From positions 8,658-72,657 of IMG/VR virus record IMGVR_UViG_3300030376_006284: a stretch of DNA of 64,000 nucleotides. One strand, 5' to 3'. A model generated the notes under the pieces. It worked only from the letters and a program-made list of their open reading frames with translations. It searched no databases and was not told the origin of the DNA. Numbering within the stretch: the stretch's first letter is position 1; every line of letters begins with the position of its first letter. The DNA comes from a virus. Its lineage: Duplodnaviria; Caudoviricetes. Positions 9,501 through 18,445 of the stretch are shown here, piece after piece. The position numbers and the translations under genes are program-made.

Positions 9501-12164
9501 CGTGCCAGTTACAGATTGGTTTCCATTAGAGCCTACTGTGTACTTATCTACTTGTAGCTTTGACCCACCAACATCTGTAGTAAGCATTGAGGTTCCTATA
9601 CCCACCTTGCCCCCTCCAGTTGTCATGAATATATTCCCTCCCCCTGCTGCCATGAATATATTATGGGTGCTTAGAGAATTCAGATATAATGCCCCATGAG
9701 AATTTGCAATTGATGACTTACCTTCAATATGTCGGACACTCATGTATCCATTAAGAGAACCACCTACACTTAATATATTATTGCTTGATGAAGAGTTTCT
9801 GCTTTCAACAGTGACAAGACCACCAGCAGCTATACTTAATGCAGTTACTCCTGTAGTTCTAACCTTGATACCACTAGCTGTACCTGTACCAGCAGCTTCA
9901 GTTCCTATCTCCAAGAAGCTAGAAGCATGCTTAAAGAAAGATCGCTCATAATTATTATCATCTGTATAGGTTTCGTATAACTCAATCTTTGTGGCTGTTG
10001 TTTTACCATTAAGAACTAAAGTTCCTGTAGAAGAGAGTGTAGCAGTAGGAATACTATTACTCGGAGTACCTGCTGTATTTAAGAACTCCCACCCTTTATT
10101 AGCAGTGCCAGTTGTGGCTTTCCATGTTCCACCATAGTTTCGGAACTGTCCTGTTGTAGCACTATAAACATTTCCTGTAGAAAAAATTCCACCAGAGGTG
10201 AAATAAGCTCTCTGTACCCCATCAACAGCAATATTAAACGTTGATGAAGTTGCGTAGATACCCGTGTTGGTTTCTGAAGTGAAGGCTAACGCAGGTGCAG
10301 ATACACTGCCGTCAGGAATTCTTAATCCTTTGGCAAAGACATTCTTTTCAATCGCTCCATTTAATTGAATGTATGTTGTCGCAGTACCACTTCCATTGTC
10401 AGCCGATAAGAAAATACTTTGGTCTGCAATCGTTTGTCTTATATGTAAAGCCCCAGTGCCTGTTTGATTTATGTAACTCGCTGATCCATCATGTTTGATT
10501 TGGAGGTCAGCGTCACTTCCTAACTGAAGGACTTTGGTATCATTGAGCTTTAGGTTGCCTGTCATCGTCCCTCCTGCGAGGGGAAGGATTCCTGCTTCCG
10601 CTAAAGTTTTGTTATGCCAAGCACCTGAATTATAAACAATTAACTCTCCGTCACCGACAGATGACAACATAACGTCATCTAAAAGAGAAAGATGTTTTGT
10701 GTCTGTCCAAGGGACGTTTACAAACATCTCCTCTGATGAGAGTTCTACTGGATAATTCTTACCATTTTCAGTATACCCTATTTTAACTCCGCCTCTCGCA
10801 CCACTAGTAGCTAGAGGTAAAACATAATTATTAGCATCAGTAGCTCCTGTATACCCAAGGTTAGCTAAAGTAAGTGTTCTTTTAGTTATACCAGTTACAT
10901 GTCCTGATGTATCAGATGTAAAAGAAGCTAAAACTTCGTTAGAAGCTAACGTAAGTCCTCTTTGAGTATGTGATGGATGTACATAATTATTAGCATCAGT
11001 AGCTCCAGTATATCCAAGATTAGCTAAAGTAAGTGTTCTTTTAGTTATACCAGTTACATGTCCAGATGTATCAGATGTAAAAGAAGCTAAAACTTCGTTA
11101 GAAGCTAACGTAAGCCCTCTTTGAGTGTGTGTTGGGTGAACGTACTTGTTAGCATCAGGATCTCCAGTATACCCAAGGTTAGCTAAAGTAAGTGTTCTCT
11201 TTGTTATACCAGTTACATGTCCAGATGTATCAGATGTAAAAGAAGCTAAAACTTCGTTAGAAGCTAACGTAAGACCTCTTTGAGTGTGCGTTGGGTGTAC
11301 ATAACTATTAGAATTAGATAGTACAAAAGCTGTAGTTGCTAACTGTGTAGTGTTAGTACCTGCACTAGCTGTAGGTGCAGTTGGTGTTCCTGTAAGAGCA
11401 GGACTCGCTAAAGGTGCTTTAAGGGCTATTGAATTGGTTAAAGTAGCTGCTAAAGTAGGATTACTTCCTAAAGATGTCTGAATTTCTACAAGAGTATCTA
11501 GAGCAGGGCCAGCTCCACCAATAAGATTATTTATCGCTGTGCCTACAAACTCTGTAGACGCAATACGTGTACTATTATTACCTGCTACTTGGGTAGGAGC
11601 TGTCGGATTCCCTGTAAAAACAGGGTTAGTAAACATCGTGCCCTTAGACTCATTAGTAACATTTCCTAAGTTGACTTGAGTAGCGGTGACACTATGAGGA
11701 TTACTAGTATCGCTAGTATGAGAAGTAAGTGATGAAGTAGAAGCAATTCCTGCTTCAGACAAAGTTTGGTTTAACCATTTAGAAGAGGAGGTATCATATT
11801 GTATAATCTCATTATCTCCCAGAGATGTGAAGTTAACATCATCCATCTCAGCTAGAGTATTCTCTAGCGTAATTGCACTATTAACAAACGCAGTAGTCGC
11901 TATCTGAGTCGTATTAGTTCCCGCAGAAGCTGTTGGTGCCGTAGGAGTGCCTGTAAATATTGGGCTCTCTTTAGGGGCTAGTTTGCTCTCTATTGTTAAA
12001 CTTGCTGTAGATGGGGCAACTGTTACCGCAACTAAGCTAGATGTGCTTTCAGGAGATGTTAAAGTGCCTCCTGTCGCAGAAGTTACACTTAATGTGCTTG
12101 CTGCGGGTGGTGTGACGGTAACCGTATTGACCGTCTGTGAAACAGTAGCTTCTTCATTCGCCAT
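6543..12164 (-). CDS. Long tail fibre protein (1873 aa)
   Basis: N-terminal P[IV]FTGTPTAPT..AGTNTTQIATTAFV fibre repeats (x3), a 3x53-aa tandem repeat, and about 10 GNVGIGT-type repeats. Confidence 0.85.
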   Translation of the reverse strand: MANEEATVSQTVNTVTVTPPAASTLSVTSATGGTLTSPESTSSLVAVTVAPSTASLTIESKLAPKESPIFTGTPTAPTASAGTNTTQIATTAFVNSAITLENTLAEMDDVNFTSLGDNEIIQYDTSSSKWLNQTLSEAGIASTSSLTSHTSDTSNPHSVTATQVNLGNVTNESKGTMFTNPVFTGNPTAPTQVAGNNSTRIASTEFVGTAINNLIGGAGPALDTLVEIQTSLGSNPTLAATLTNSIALKAPLASPALTGTPTAPTASAGTNTTQLATTAFVLSNSNSYVHPTHTQRGLTLASNEVLASFTSDTSGHVTGITKRTLTLANLGYTGDPDANKYVHPTHTQRGLTLASNEVLASFTSDTSGHVTGITKRTLTLANLGYTGATDANNYVHPSHTQRGLTLASNEVLASFTSDTSGHVTGITKRTLTLANLGYTGATDANNYVLPLATSGARGGVKIGYTENGKNYPVELSSEEMFVNVPWTDTKHLSLLDDVMLSSVGDGELIVYNSGAWHNKTLAEAGILPLAGGTMTGNLKLNDTKVLQLGSDADLQIKHDGSASYINQTGTGALHIRQTIADQSIFLSADNGSGTATTYIQLNGAIEKNVFAKGLRIPDGSVSAPALAFTSETNTGIYATSSTFNIAVDGVQRAYFTSGGIFSTGNVYSATTGQFRNYGGTWKATTGTANKGWEFLNTAGTPSNSIPTATLSSTGTLVLNGKTTATKIELYETYTDDNNYERSFFKHASSFLEIGTEAAGTGTASGIKVRTTGVTALSIAAGGLVTVESRNSSSSNNILSVGGSLNGYMSVRHIEGKSSIANSHGALYLNSLSTHNIFMAAGGGNIFMTTGGGKVGIGTSMLTTDVGGSKLQVDKYTVGSNGNQSVTGTAAIFTDSGSDGLYLGVKNASYPNRGYAFKVTNNGVNSDFTIREHGSTGDRFTIQTGGNVGIGTNSPVAKLEVNGNIRTSTGAGATLTLFDSDSVRNNRFLAGADADGAYINSTYSTGGTGRLRFQTIQNERMRIEENGNVGIGTTTVPHLLSVKGTISRLNSSGIQVINLGVSSDHGQLTINNSSGVNTVSINATGNSYIAGGNLGVGAAATNTRLEVKGGTSDSLAYGFLVRNSSNTSLFSIRNDGRIDIPVGPVVLAGDLTVQGDISTTGTFTIIDTDVSTTEQLLVTNDGTGPAVIVNQKGVQPVIDFQDDGTSVFYIKNGGNVGIGTVSPAQKLDVDGNIVAARFIQDTSAGNNFYAAGFTRSSSSFTNPDIYDLNGHGLVLGGTSNENTLVLKSGGNVGIGTTSPATKLQVSTTDAANILTLHRDGSNNVANTTLNRIQFAQDYNAAQQNWGKIDLDSNASALRTDLKFYVKSTSGVQRLGMTVHGTVSDGPRVGIGTATPAEKLHVSGSENDVVIKCESTGAGAWFITSSTNQQYQGYKVGHNWFMGQHASNDFVIKDGLQSNGAIALQIVDTTRYLGINTAPSSPLHLSAAAISQQGTPVTAITKTIATTSIGAKLSFTNAHNANGNLIGGISMGNTGEEFAGLYAVDGGSSAATHLAFFTGNSTATTEAIRILSDGNVGIGDTSPSAKLHVAGTGKITGHTDLQSTVDISNTTRVYTKLSVGNSAWITPTQVLEVGTNTDVSAQIGRSQVGHMGFSDHAGFAHLQRASTSGYALLQSSSGDVFLNSESSRAIYFRKGNATIGGFNSSSDFYVDTDTLYVDASQDKVGIGLTSPAEELDVRGGARVGYSSTNGHLIGSKAYTITHSFTTGLTVSLAHHTACHVKVFITGNWGNHSSLAYVGEFLIQNAGDTGYNEPGIILTQQDNLASDSIAAKIVDPSTAGGSPNNFTIQFQAVSDTTESISGRLCYHIMGDALSVT
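10822..11304 (-). repeat. Three near-identical 159-bp (53-aa) in-frame tandem repeats in the tail fibre
   Basis: YVHPTHTQRGLTLASNEVLASFTSDTSGHVTGITKRTLTLANLGYTG..DAN; units begin at 10822, 10981 and 11140; differences are mostly synonymous. Confidence 0.95.
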
Positions 12165-12637
12165 TAGATAATCTCTGGTATTATATCAAAAGTTAATCGG
12201 AAAGAGTTGATAACTTCGTCAGTAGTTGCTTCACTACCATCAGGTGCAACGTCAGTGATTTTTAAATCGCCAAAGATAGTAATTTTTTCATTAGGAAGCG
12301 CATCAGAATCTGCGGTGTCAAAATGCAATGTGATGTTTGCGTTAGCTGTGTTAGAAGCTCCTACGTTAGGAAATCTAATCCTCCCCGATGTTGATTGTAA
12401 AGATGATGAAGAAGCTGACGCTGCTGTATCTGTCGTAGTTAAAGTATCTACAACTTCTCCCTGAACAGAATTATTTGTTTTCCTCCTAAGAACTAATGAA
12501 GCTTTATGCCTAAATTTTTTAGGAGCAGAACCAAGAGTCGTAGCATTAAAAAAGTTTTTAGTATATGTCTCCCCCGAAGGGATATACTTTATATCTACTT
12601 GAGTCTGCTGACCCCTCTTAATCTCTATGTTAGCCAT
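12164..12637 (-). CDS. Hypothetical virion protein, possibly a fibre adaptor
   Basis: 157 aa, beta-rich; stop overlaps the fibre start codon. Confidence 0.55.
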   Translation of the reverse strand: MANIEIKRGQQTQVDIKYIPSGETYTKNFFNATTLGSAPKKFRHKASLVLRRKTNNSVQGEVVDTLTTTDTAASASSSSLQSTSGRIRFPNVGASNTANANITLHFDTADSDALPNEKITIFGDLKITDVAPDGSEATTDEVINSFRLTFDIIPEII

Positions 12638-12639
12638 GA

Positions 12640-12951
12640 TTACTTAGAAGCGTGATAGCAAAGAACTGTGCCTGATCGTAAAGTCACTTTGGAAAATTGA
12701 CCATATAGAGTTGTTCCAACAGGAACAGTTACTCCATCAGCGGCAGAATCACTTCTAAGAAGCATCTTACCATCCGTTCCTGAAACGTCCGTTAACTCGC
12801 CCCACGTAGTTGCATTAGTTCCATGCCCATCAAAGACAGCCGCTTCAATAACGAGAATTGCACATATATCCTTGGTAACCGAGTCAGTCCCTGTTAACAT
12901 GGTAGCCCCTGCTTCTCCGTATATTCCTTTTAATGTTCTGTTTTCAGCCAT
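12640..12951 (-). CDS. Hypothetical small virion protein
   Basis: 103 aa, tightly packed in the structural operon. Confidence 0.55.
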   Translation of the reverse strand: MAENRTLKGIYGEAGATMLTGTDSVTKDICAILVIEAAVFDGHGTNATTWGELTDVSGTDGKMLLRSDSAADGVTVPVGTTLYGQFSKVTLRSGTVLCYHASK

Positions 12952-12981
12952 AATATAATTTTTTGTTTAGTTGTTAAATTG

Positions 12982-14037
12982 TTAGTACATCCCTAACATA
13001 CCACCACCTACGCCATTGGGGGCTATGTTTAAAGTGGGTTTAGCAGTCCCCCTATAAGAGTCAGTGTCTGATTCTAAAAGTTGGGTTACTAAACCCCAAT
13101 GATACTCTGCTCTTTGGGCATCCCCATTATCTTCTCCCAGTTTACCTAAAAGAGCGTGTTTTATAATTGCATTAGATGGAATGTGAATTAAATCATGAGC
13201 ACTGTCGCAATCTACCCATCTTCTTTTCAAAAGTAAATGTGCCGTTGAGGTATTATTTGTACCTCCTACCCTAAATCTTCTGTACCTCGATACTCCATTT
13301 CTTGAATTAATTTCTGCGAGCATTAAATCTTTTGTACTGTCTGTAGTTATGCTTTCTCCAGCTACCCCCTGATATTCCGCAACAACAATTATAGGATGAT
13401 CCGCTTCCATGTCAGACCAAGTAATAGACACAATGTCTGTAACATCGGTATCTGCTACTAAAGCAAGTTCAAATCCAGCAGCGTCTCCTGTTGAAAAAGA
13501 ATTTTTAAAATCATGAGTAACTTCTGTATAAGAAGATAACTCTAGTTTTGTTTCTGGATGAACTACACCGTGGTGATTTGTTGCATCACTGTGTTGCCTA
13601 TACCTAATGGTTATTTTTCCTAGTTCAGGTCTAGCGTTAAAAGGGCCTTTTAAAGAAGAATATTTTATTGTATACTGGCTGCCTGATACTAAATCCCTGT
13701 ACGTTGGAGCATATCCATCATCAATAAAAGAACTTAAAATAGTATCATCTTGATCATTAGTCCCAAAAAATTTGTAGTCGTGCCATAAAGATCTTGTAGG
13801 TAACGGGCTATTATCTAGTATACCCGCTACTAATGAATCGGTTTCTGGGGGCAATGATATGTATTCATCTTTAGCACTTTGGGAATGTTCTAAAAGCATT
13901 TCCCGCCAATAGCCCATTTTATATATTCTGGGCATTATTTCATTTAAAGCTTCCCAAAAATCAGAAGGGGAAGCATTAGATGCATCTAAATACTTTTTAT
14001 GAGTAGTCTCTAATTGCTGGGTAGTTAATGCTGGCAC
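12982..14037 (-). CDS. Putative head-tail adaptor / tail tubular protein
   Basis: 351 aa; helical N- and C-termini (EALNEIMPRI...; IPSNAIIKHALLG...AEYHWGLV) and position fit a podovirus neck protein. Function is inferred. Confidence 0.45.
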   Translation of the reverse strand: MPALTTQQLETTHKKYLDASNASPSDFWEALNEIMPRIYKMGYWREMLLEHSQSAKDEYISLPPETDSLVAGILDNSPLPTRSLWHDYKFFGTNDQDDTILSSFIDDGYAPTYRDLVSGSQYTIKYSSLKGPFNARPELGKITIRYRQHSDATNHHGVVHPETKLELSSYTEVTHDFKNSFSTGDAAGFELALVADTDVTDIVSITWSDMEADHPIIVVAEYQGVAGESITTDSTKDLMLAEINSRNGVSRYRRFRVGGTNNTSTAHLLLKRRWVDCDSAHDLIHIPSNAIIKHALLGKLGEDNGDAQRAEYHWGLVTQLLESDTDSYRGTAKPTLNIAPNGVGGGMLGMY

Positions 14038-14082
14038 AATACACTAAATATAAGAGGAATTGTGTTTAATTCAAGCTGTCAA

Positions 14083-14778
14083 CTAGTCCCATATTTTATA
14101 GGGGATTTCCGTGTTACTTACATCACTTATATTAGCACATTGCCCAGCTAGCCATTTAGGCGGGCAATACACGTTCCATGACTGTTTTCTGTGGGCTTCT
14201 TCTAACTGACCATCTACATGATAATCTTTTTTGCCTATATAGTCAGTAGCATTATTAATATGTGCATATACTTTTTTATAAATTTTACTGTTTAAAGCAT
14301 AAGCATGTGTCCTATTAGTACTTATAACCCTTTTAATTTCCGAGTTTTCAGTAGCTATTGGTTTCATTCTATGTTGGCCTCCCAAATATAATTGATCCCA
14401 ATCTTTAGGGATATTAGACAAAAAATTAAATATTAACTGGTAAGGGTCATCAATAAACTGCACATCATCTTCTAGTATAAGAATACTATCTATTCCGTGC
14501 GTCTCTCCTTTAATTTCTATCTCCATAATAGCATTTTCTATTATATTGCTGTGGGATTTAAAGCACCCCCACGCCCCAGCTCCCGCTAAAAAATAAGGAG
14601 GGCACGTTGTTTTATTTCCCATAATTGCTGGGTATACTATAACTTCATGCCTTTCTGCTAATCCGAGATCTTCTATATGTTTAAAAAATCTAGCTAATCG
14701 AACAGGTCTGTCAGGTCTATTAATAACATAGATGCGATCAAACCAATAACTAAGCTTTATATACTTAGGGTCTACCAT
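14083..14778 (-). CDS. Glycosyltransferase family 25
   Basis: IYVINRPDRPVR, GAWGCFKSH, ILILEDD, WDQLYLG and THAYAL motifs typical of GT25. Confidence 0.85.
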   Translation of the reverse strand: MVDPKYIKLSYWFDRIYVINRPDRPVRLARFFKHIEDLGLAERHEVIVYPAIMGNKTTCPPYFLAGAGAWGCFKSHSNIIENAIMEIEIKGETHGIDSILILEDDVQFIDDPYQLIFNFLSNIPKDWDQLYLGGQHRMKPIATENSEIKRVISTNRTHAYALNSKIYKKVYAHINNATDYIGKKDYHVDGQLEEAHRKQSWNVYCPPKWLAGQCANISDVSNTEIPYKIWD

Positions 14779-14787
14779 GCAGCCCCA

Positions 14788-15843
14788 TTATGTACTAGCT
14801 CTTGATATTAGTAAAGGAGTCCAGTTAATATTATCGTAAGTTATTTGCACAATAGATTTAAGGGAGCCTTCCGCAGCAGGGTAGGACTCTCCTATTTTTA
14901 CATAAAAGTAAGCCGTCCTATCAGCTTCAGATTCACCCCCTCTATCAAAATTAGTCATACTAGCTCCTTCGTTGTCTGATTCTAACTTAGGAAGTTGGTC
15001 GTCGTCTGAAAGCTCGTGAGCTTCTTTAGTTACAGCAGCATCTCTGTGGATTGTTACATCAGCAGCACTTATAGTAACCCCAGAAAGATCAACCGTATCA
15101 GATAAAACTATTTTCCATTTTAAAAAAATAGAACCAAATGTATCTCCAACAGGTAAGTCCATAGCATAAACCCCCGTGCCTTCCCCTAAATCATTTGTAA
15201 TTTCACCAAAACCGTTTGCCGACACATCTCTTAAAATCCCTTGTCCTTCCGTCTGCCCATGAACACACACAAACTTATCTACTGTTGAGGTTGAAGGTAC
15301 TAAATCGGGGATCTTGTGAAAGTGCCCATCAGAGGGACTATTAACTCCCCCAGTACTACCTCCTAAATTATGTTGGTGGTCGGTGTCGGGGTATGATCCA
15401 CCAGAAGAATAAACACTTCCAGTATAGTCAGTAAGACTGTGGGTATGAGCACTTTCAGTGTGTGTTTTTGAATTAGTGCCTGAACTATTCGCAGACGTGC
15501 TATAAGCAGTAGTCGTTTTAGTATCACTTTGAATTATTGTTTTAAAAGTATTAATACAATATCGTAAATAACCTTTATATAAACGAGTCCTAGGGCTTCC
15601 TGAAGAATCTACAAATCTTTCTAATTTAAAAGGATGAACAGGAGTTACACTCCCTAACCCAGAACCTGAACCACTAGATGCACCTGAACCATTAAAAGAA
15701 GTGTACGGAGAATGCTCGTAGTTTGCATCAAATATATTGTGTTGAAACTCACCGTAGGGGTTATCAACTAGATTAAGTTCTGTTAGGCTTGACCCAGCAG
15801 ATTCTTTTACATCTCCTCTACCACTAGCATCAATATCCGCCAT
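14788..15843 (-). CDS. Virion protein with HxH motifs (needle/spike-like)
   Basis: AHTHSL, DHQHNL and GHFHKI within a Ser/Gly/Thr-rich segment. Confidence 0.5.
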   Translation of the reverse strand: MADIDASGRGDVKESAGSSLTELNLVDNPYGEFQHNIFDANYEHSPYTSFNGSGASSGSGSGLGSVTPVHPFKLERFVDSSGSPRTRLYKGYLRYCINTFKTIIQSDTKTTTAYSTSANSSGTNSKTHTESAHTHSLTDYTGSVYSSGGSYPDTDHQHNLGGSTGGVNSPSDGHFHKIPDLVPSTSTVDKFVCVHGQTEGQGILRDVSANGFGEITNDLGEGTGVYAMDLPVGDTFGSIFLKWKIVLSDTVDLSGVTISAADVTIHRDAAVTKEAHELSDDDQLPKLESDNEGASMTNFDRGGESEADRTAYFYVKIGESYPAAEGSLKSIVQITYDNINWTPLLISRAST

Positions 15844-15844
15844 G

Positions 15845-17326
15845 TTATGTAGAAGCTACAGGTTTATAGGCAGTTATCTTTTCCCTCAAAAACCCTCCTC
15901 TATAAGGTCTCTGTGAATCCGCTATTATAATAGTGTCAGGCCAATCTACATGATTTGTCTTTAAAAACAGCCAGCGAGTTCCTATATAATTGTATACAGG
16001 GTGGTTGCTCCCTGTTGTAGCTGTAACCAAAATTTGGTTATGTAAAGTAGGAGGTACGTTTACCGTTGCTATAGGAGTCTGAAATACTAACGGCTCAGGA
16101 AGCATTGGATTTATTGTTCCTATATGAGTGTGCCCTCCGTCTTGAGAAGTAGACGTAGGAAAACCAGTATCAGAGTCTGTCCAATACAATTGAACTAATA
16201 CTTTTGTAGGGCCGCTATAGGCACCTCTTTTATAGATAGGATAAACTATGGTGTCGGTACCCCCGTCATTCCGTGTCCAATTTTCATCTGCAATTCGATC
16301 AAGAACAGCTGGCCAAGTATAATTTTGATACGTAGTATAAGATCGAATTAACTTATTAGCATCTGTCTTAACAACTTCTTTTTCAGAAATAGAATACCAG
16401 TTGTCTGACAACTGCCTACCTTCACAAAGAATACCAAATTTATTAGACCCGCCACCATCTATTAACTTAGATCCAAAAAAAGGAATAGAGCCTTGAGCAG
16501 TAGCTTCGTTCCCTAAAGCAAAAACTTGAGAGGTGTTCTTAGAAGGATCTGTCGGTAAGGTTGTGTCTGATTCCCCAAACACTGTAGTTTTTACAGGTAG
16601 CTCATCTTTATGAAAAATTGTTTGTTTGGAGCGAAGAGCAAAATTAAACTCTGCATCCACGTCCGTCCCACGAATAGGAATCTTTTTTATAAAAACCCGC
16701 TGCTCTACAACATATAAAGAATCCAAAGTCTCATCTCCTGAACGAACTTGTCTTCTTTCAAATAAAATATAATCAGTGTCAAATTTAACTCCATTTGTTC
16801 TAGTTGCTAGAATAGCCTCTCCACTAGAGTCTGTACCTGCCAAAACGGTTCCTGAAAAGGGAGTTAAGTCTGTATCGCCCGAAGGCATGTAAGTATTATT
16901 ATCTTTCTTCTGACCTAAGTTTAATAAAGCTTCGGTATCAACGGATGTATTGTAACCTATTTTAGGAGAGTTGGTTTCGTAGCTGCTACGAAGAGTTACA
17001 TACGTTCTGACCACAGTATCATACAAAGGATTAGATCCTCCCGCAGCTTGGAACTCCCAGTTATAGTCGTCTTGACTAGCCCTGTCTTTTACATAATACC
17101 AGTATTGAAACTGGCCTTGATCTTCATCAGCATTTTTAATTAAAGCTAATTTAAAGTCAGGAAACTTATCTGTGTTAGGATGATTAGACCCATAAGCGCT
17201 ATCACTTATAGTTTCGGCAGACCCCGCTTTTCTGCTAACGTCAACAACTTCAACGACAACTAAATCCGCTACTTTTGGAGTTGCGAACTCAAATACCCGT
17301 TGTCTTCTGTTCGGGGATGTTGCCAT
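15845..17326 (-). CDS. Hypothetical tail structural protein (493 aa)
   Basis: Long ORF in the structural operon with gaps of 1-3 nt to its neighbours. Confidence 0.55.
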   Translation of the reverse strand: MATSPNRRQRVFEFATPKVADLVVVEVVDVSRKAGSAETISDSAYGSNHPNTDKFPDFKLALIKNADEDQGQFQYWYYVKDRASQDDYNWEFQAAGGSNPLYDTVVRTYVTLRSSYETNSPKIGYNTSVDTEALLNLGQKKDNNTYMPSGDTDLTPFSGTVLAGTDSSGEAILATRTNGVKFDTDYILFERRQVRSGDETLDSLYVVEQRVFIKKIPIRGTDVDAEFNFALRSKQTIFHKDELPVKTTVFGESDTTLPTDPSKNTSQVFALGNEATAQGSIPFFGSKLIDGGGSNKFGILCEGRQLSDNWYSISEKEVVKTDANKLIRSYTTYQNYTWPAVLDRIADENWTRNDGGTDTIVYPIYKRGAYSGPTKVLVQLYWTDSDTGFPTSTSQDGGHTHIGTINPMLPEPLVFQTPIATVNVPPTLHNQILVTATTGSNHPVYNYIGTRWLFLKTNHVDWPDTIIIADSQRPYRGGFLREKITAYKPVAST

Positions 17327-17329
17327 TTA

Positions 17330-17878
17330 TTATGTCTTGCCTAAGAAAATTCCGTGTAGTTTATCTCCAGATGCACTAAACGTAAAAGTAACTGTGCCAG
17401 AAGAAGCCTCCCATCTTGGAATAAATAAAGCGGATCTTGGAACTCTAACTCCTACAGTAGTCCCTACTCCTGAGTTAAAAGTAACTGTGCCATAAACAGG
17501 GTTTGAAGCAGCAATCGCAATGTTTCCTGTATTAGTTGCTTCAGTTTCATAATATATAGCTACAATCTTATCATCTACAGATGGACTTTGACCGTCAGGA
17601 AGATGCACTTCATCCCCATTAGCATCCCGTGCAATAGCTCCTGAAGGTTGATTTATGTAAGCATTCCCAGTGGTATTTGTTAACTGATTTGTAGCTAAGT
17701 TCCATGTTGTTACATTACCATTAGCGGCTGCTTCTATAGTAAACTCATACATGTAATCGGCATCGTCCGAACTAAGCACGGTTGTGTTCGTACCACCGAG
17801 TGGAATATTCCCCCTAATCCCTGTTGAGGTAAGGTTAGCAGATAATTGCTGAACTAAGTTTAAAGAGGTAAGTGCCAT
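17330..17878 (-). CDS. Hypothetical beta-rich virion protein (182 aa)
   Basis: Composition and operon context. Confidence 0.55.
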   Translation of the reverse strand: MALTSLNLVQQLSANLTSTGIRGNIPLGGTNTTVLSSDDADYMYEFTIEAAANGNVTTWNLATNQLTNTTGNAYINQPSGAIARDANGDEVHLPDGQSPSVDDKIVAIYYETEATNTGNIAIAASNPVYGTVTFNSGVGTTVGVRVPRSALFIPRWEASSGTVTFTFSASGDKLHGIFLGKT

Positions 17879-17879
17879 A

Positions 17880-18359
17880 TTAAGCCATATAAGAATTACC
17901 TGCTTCAGGCGTAACAGCAGGAGCCGTCATTGTAGCTTCTTCAGAAGGAACCATTCCCTTATACACACGCAATGCAAAGTCAGTCATGGACATTTCACCA
18001 TCTTTCAACCTACTAGCCATTTCTGGGTTTTGATCCAGAGTGCTCTCTATTACAGATAACTGAGTCTGGTGCTTTTGATTGTTTGGATCATAGTCTTGCC
18101 TGTAAACAATTCTAAATAATTGCATCAATAAACCTTGATCAGGAACGTCTGTTTCTGGTTCCTCCTCAGCCATTTCATCTACAGAGGGTTCCATTTCATC
18201 AGGCATAGCAATATCCTGCTCAGGCATTTCTAAATCAGACAAAGTATCATCTACTTTATCAACCATGCTCATTTCTTGTCCAGAGTCAGCAGCTTCTGCT
18301 TCAGCAGCCGCCATACCCTCTTCATCGTATTTAAATTTCTTTTTTCCTACAGTTGGCAT
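17880..18359 (-). CDS. Acidic hypothetical protein
   Basis: Probable start ATG 18359 (MPTVGKKKFKY), rather than the TTG at 18380 that abuts the terminator. Confidence 0.6.
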   Translation of the reverse strand: MPTVGKKKFKYDEEGMAAAEAEAADSGQEMSMVDKVDDTLSDLEMPEQDIAMPDEMEPSVDEMAEEEPETDVPDQGLLMQLFRIVYRQDYDPNNQKHQTQLSVIESTLDQNPEMASRLKDGEMSMTDFALRVYKGMVPSEEATMTAPAVTPEAGNSYMA

Positions 18360-18377
18360 AATAAATAATTGGTTGTA

Positions 18378-18425
18378 CAAAAATAACCCCGATCCCCTAC
18401 TTTATCAAGAGGATCGGGGGTTATT
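18378..18425 (-). terminator. Intrinsic terminator after the capsid-associated gene
   Basis: AATAACCCCGATCC / GGATCGGGGGTTATT stem, followed by a T run on the minus strand. Confidence 0.7.
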
Positions 18426-18445
18426 GTGATTTGTTATGTTACTGA

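Noticed and set aside
10822-11304. Template/variable repeat pair of a diversity-generating retroelement
   Set aside because: The repeats are in-frame and tandem with mostly synonymous differences, and no reverse transcriptase is in the window.
1503-12464. Short ORFs from the track that overlap the fibre and adaptor genes
   Set aside because: They are antisense or off-frame shadows of long minus-strand genes, including the 2..6541 ORF.
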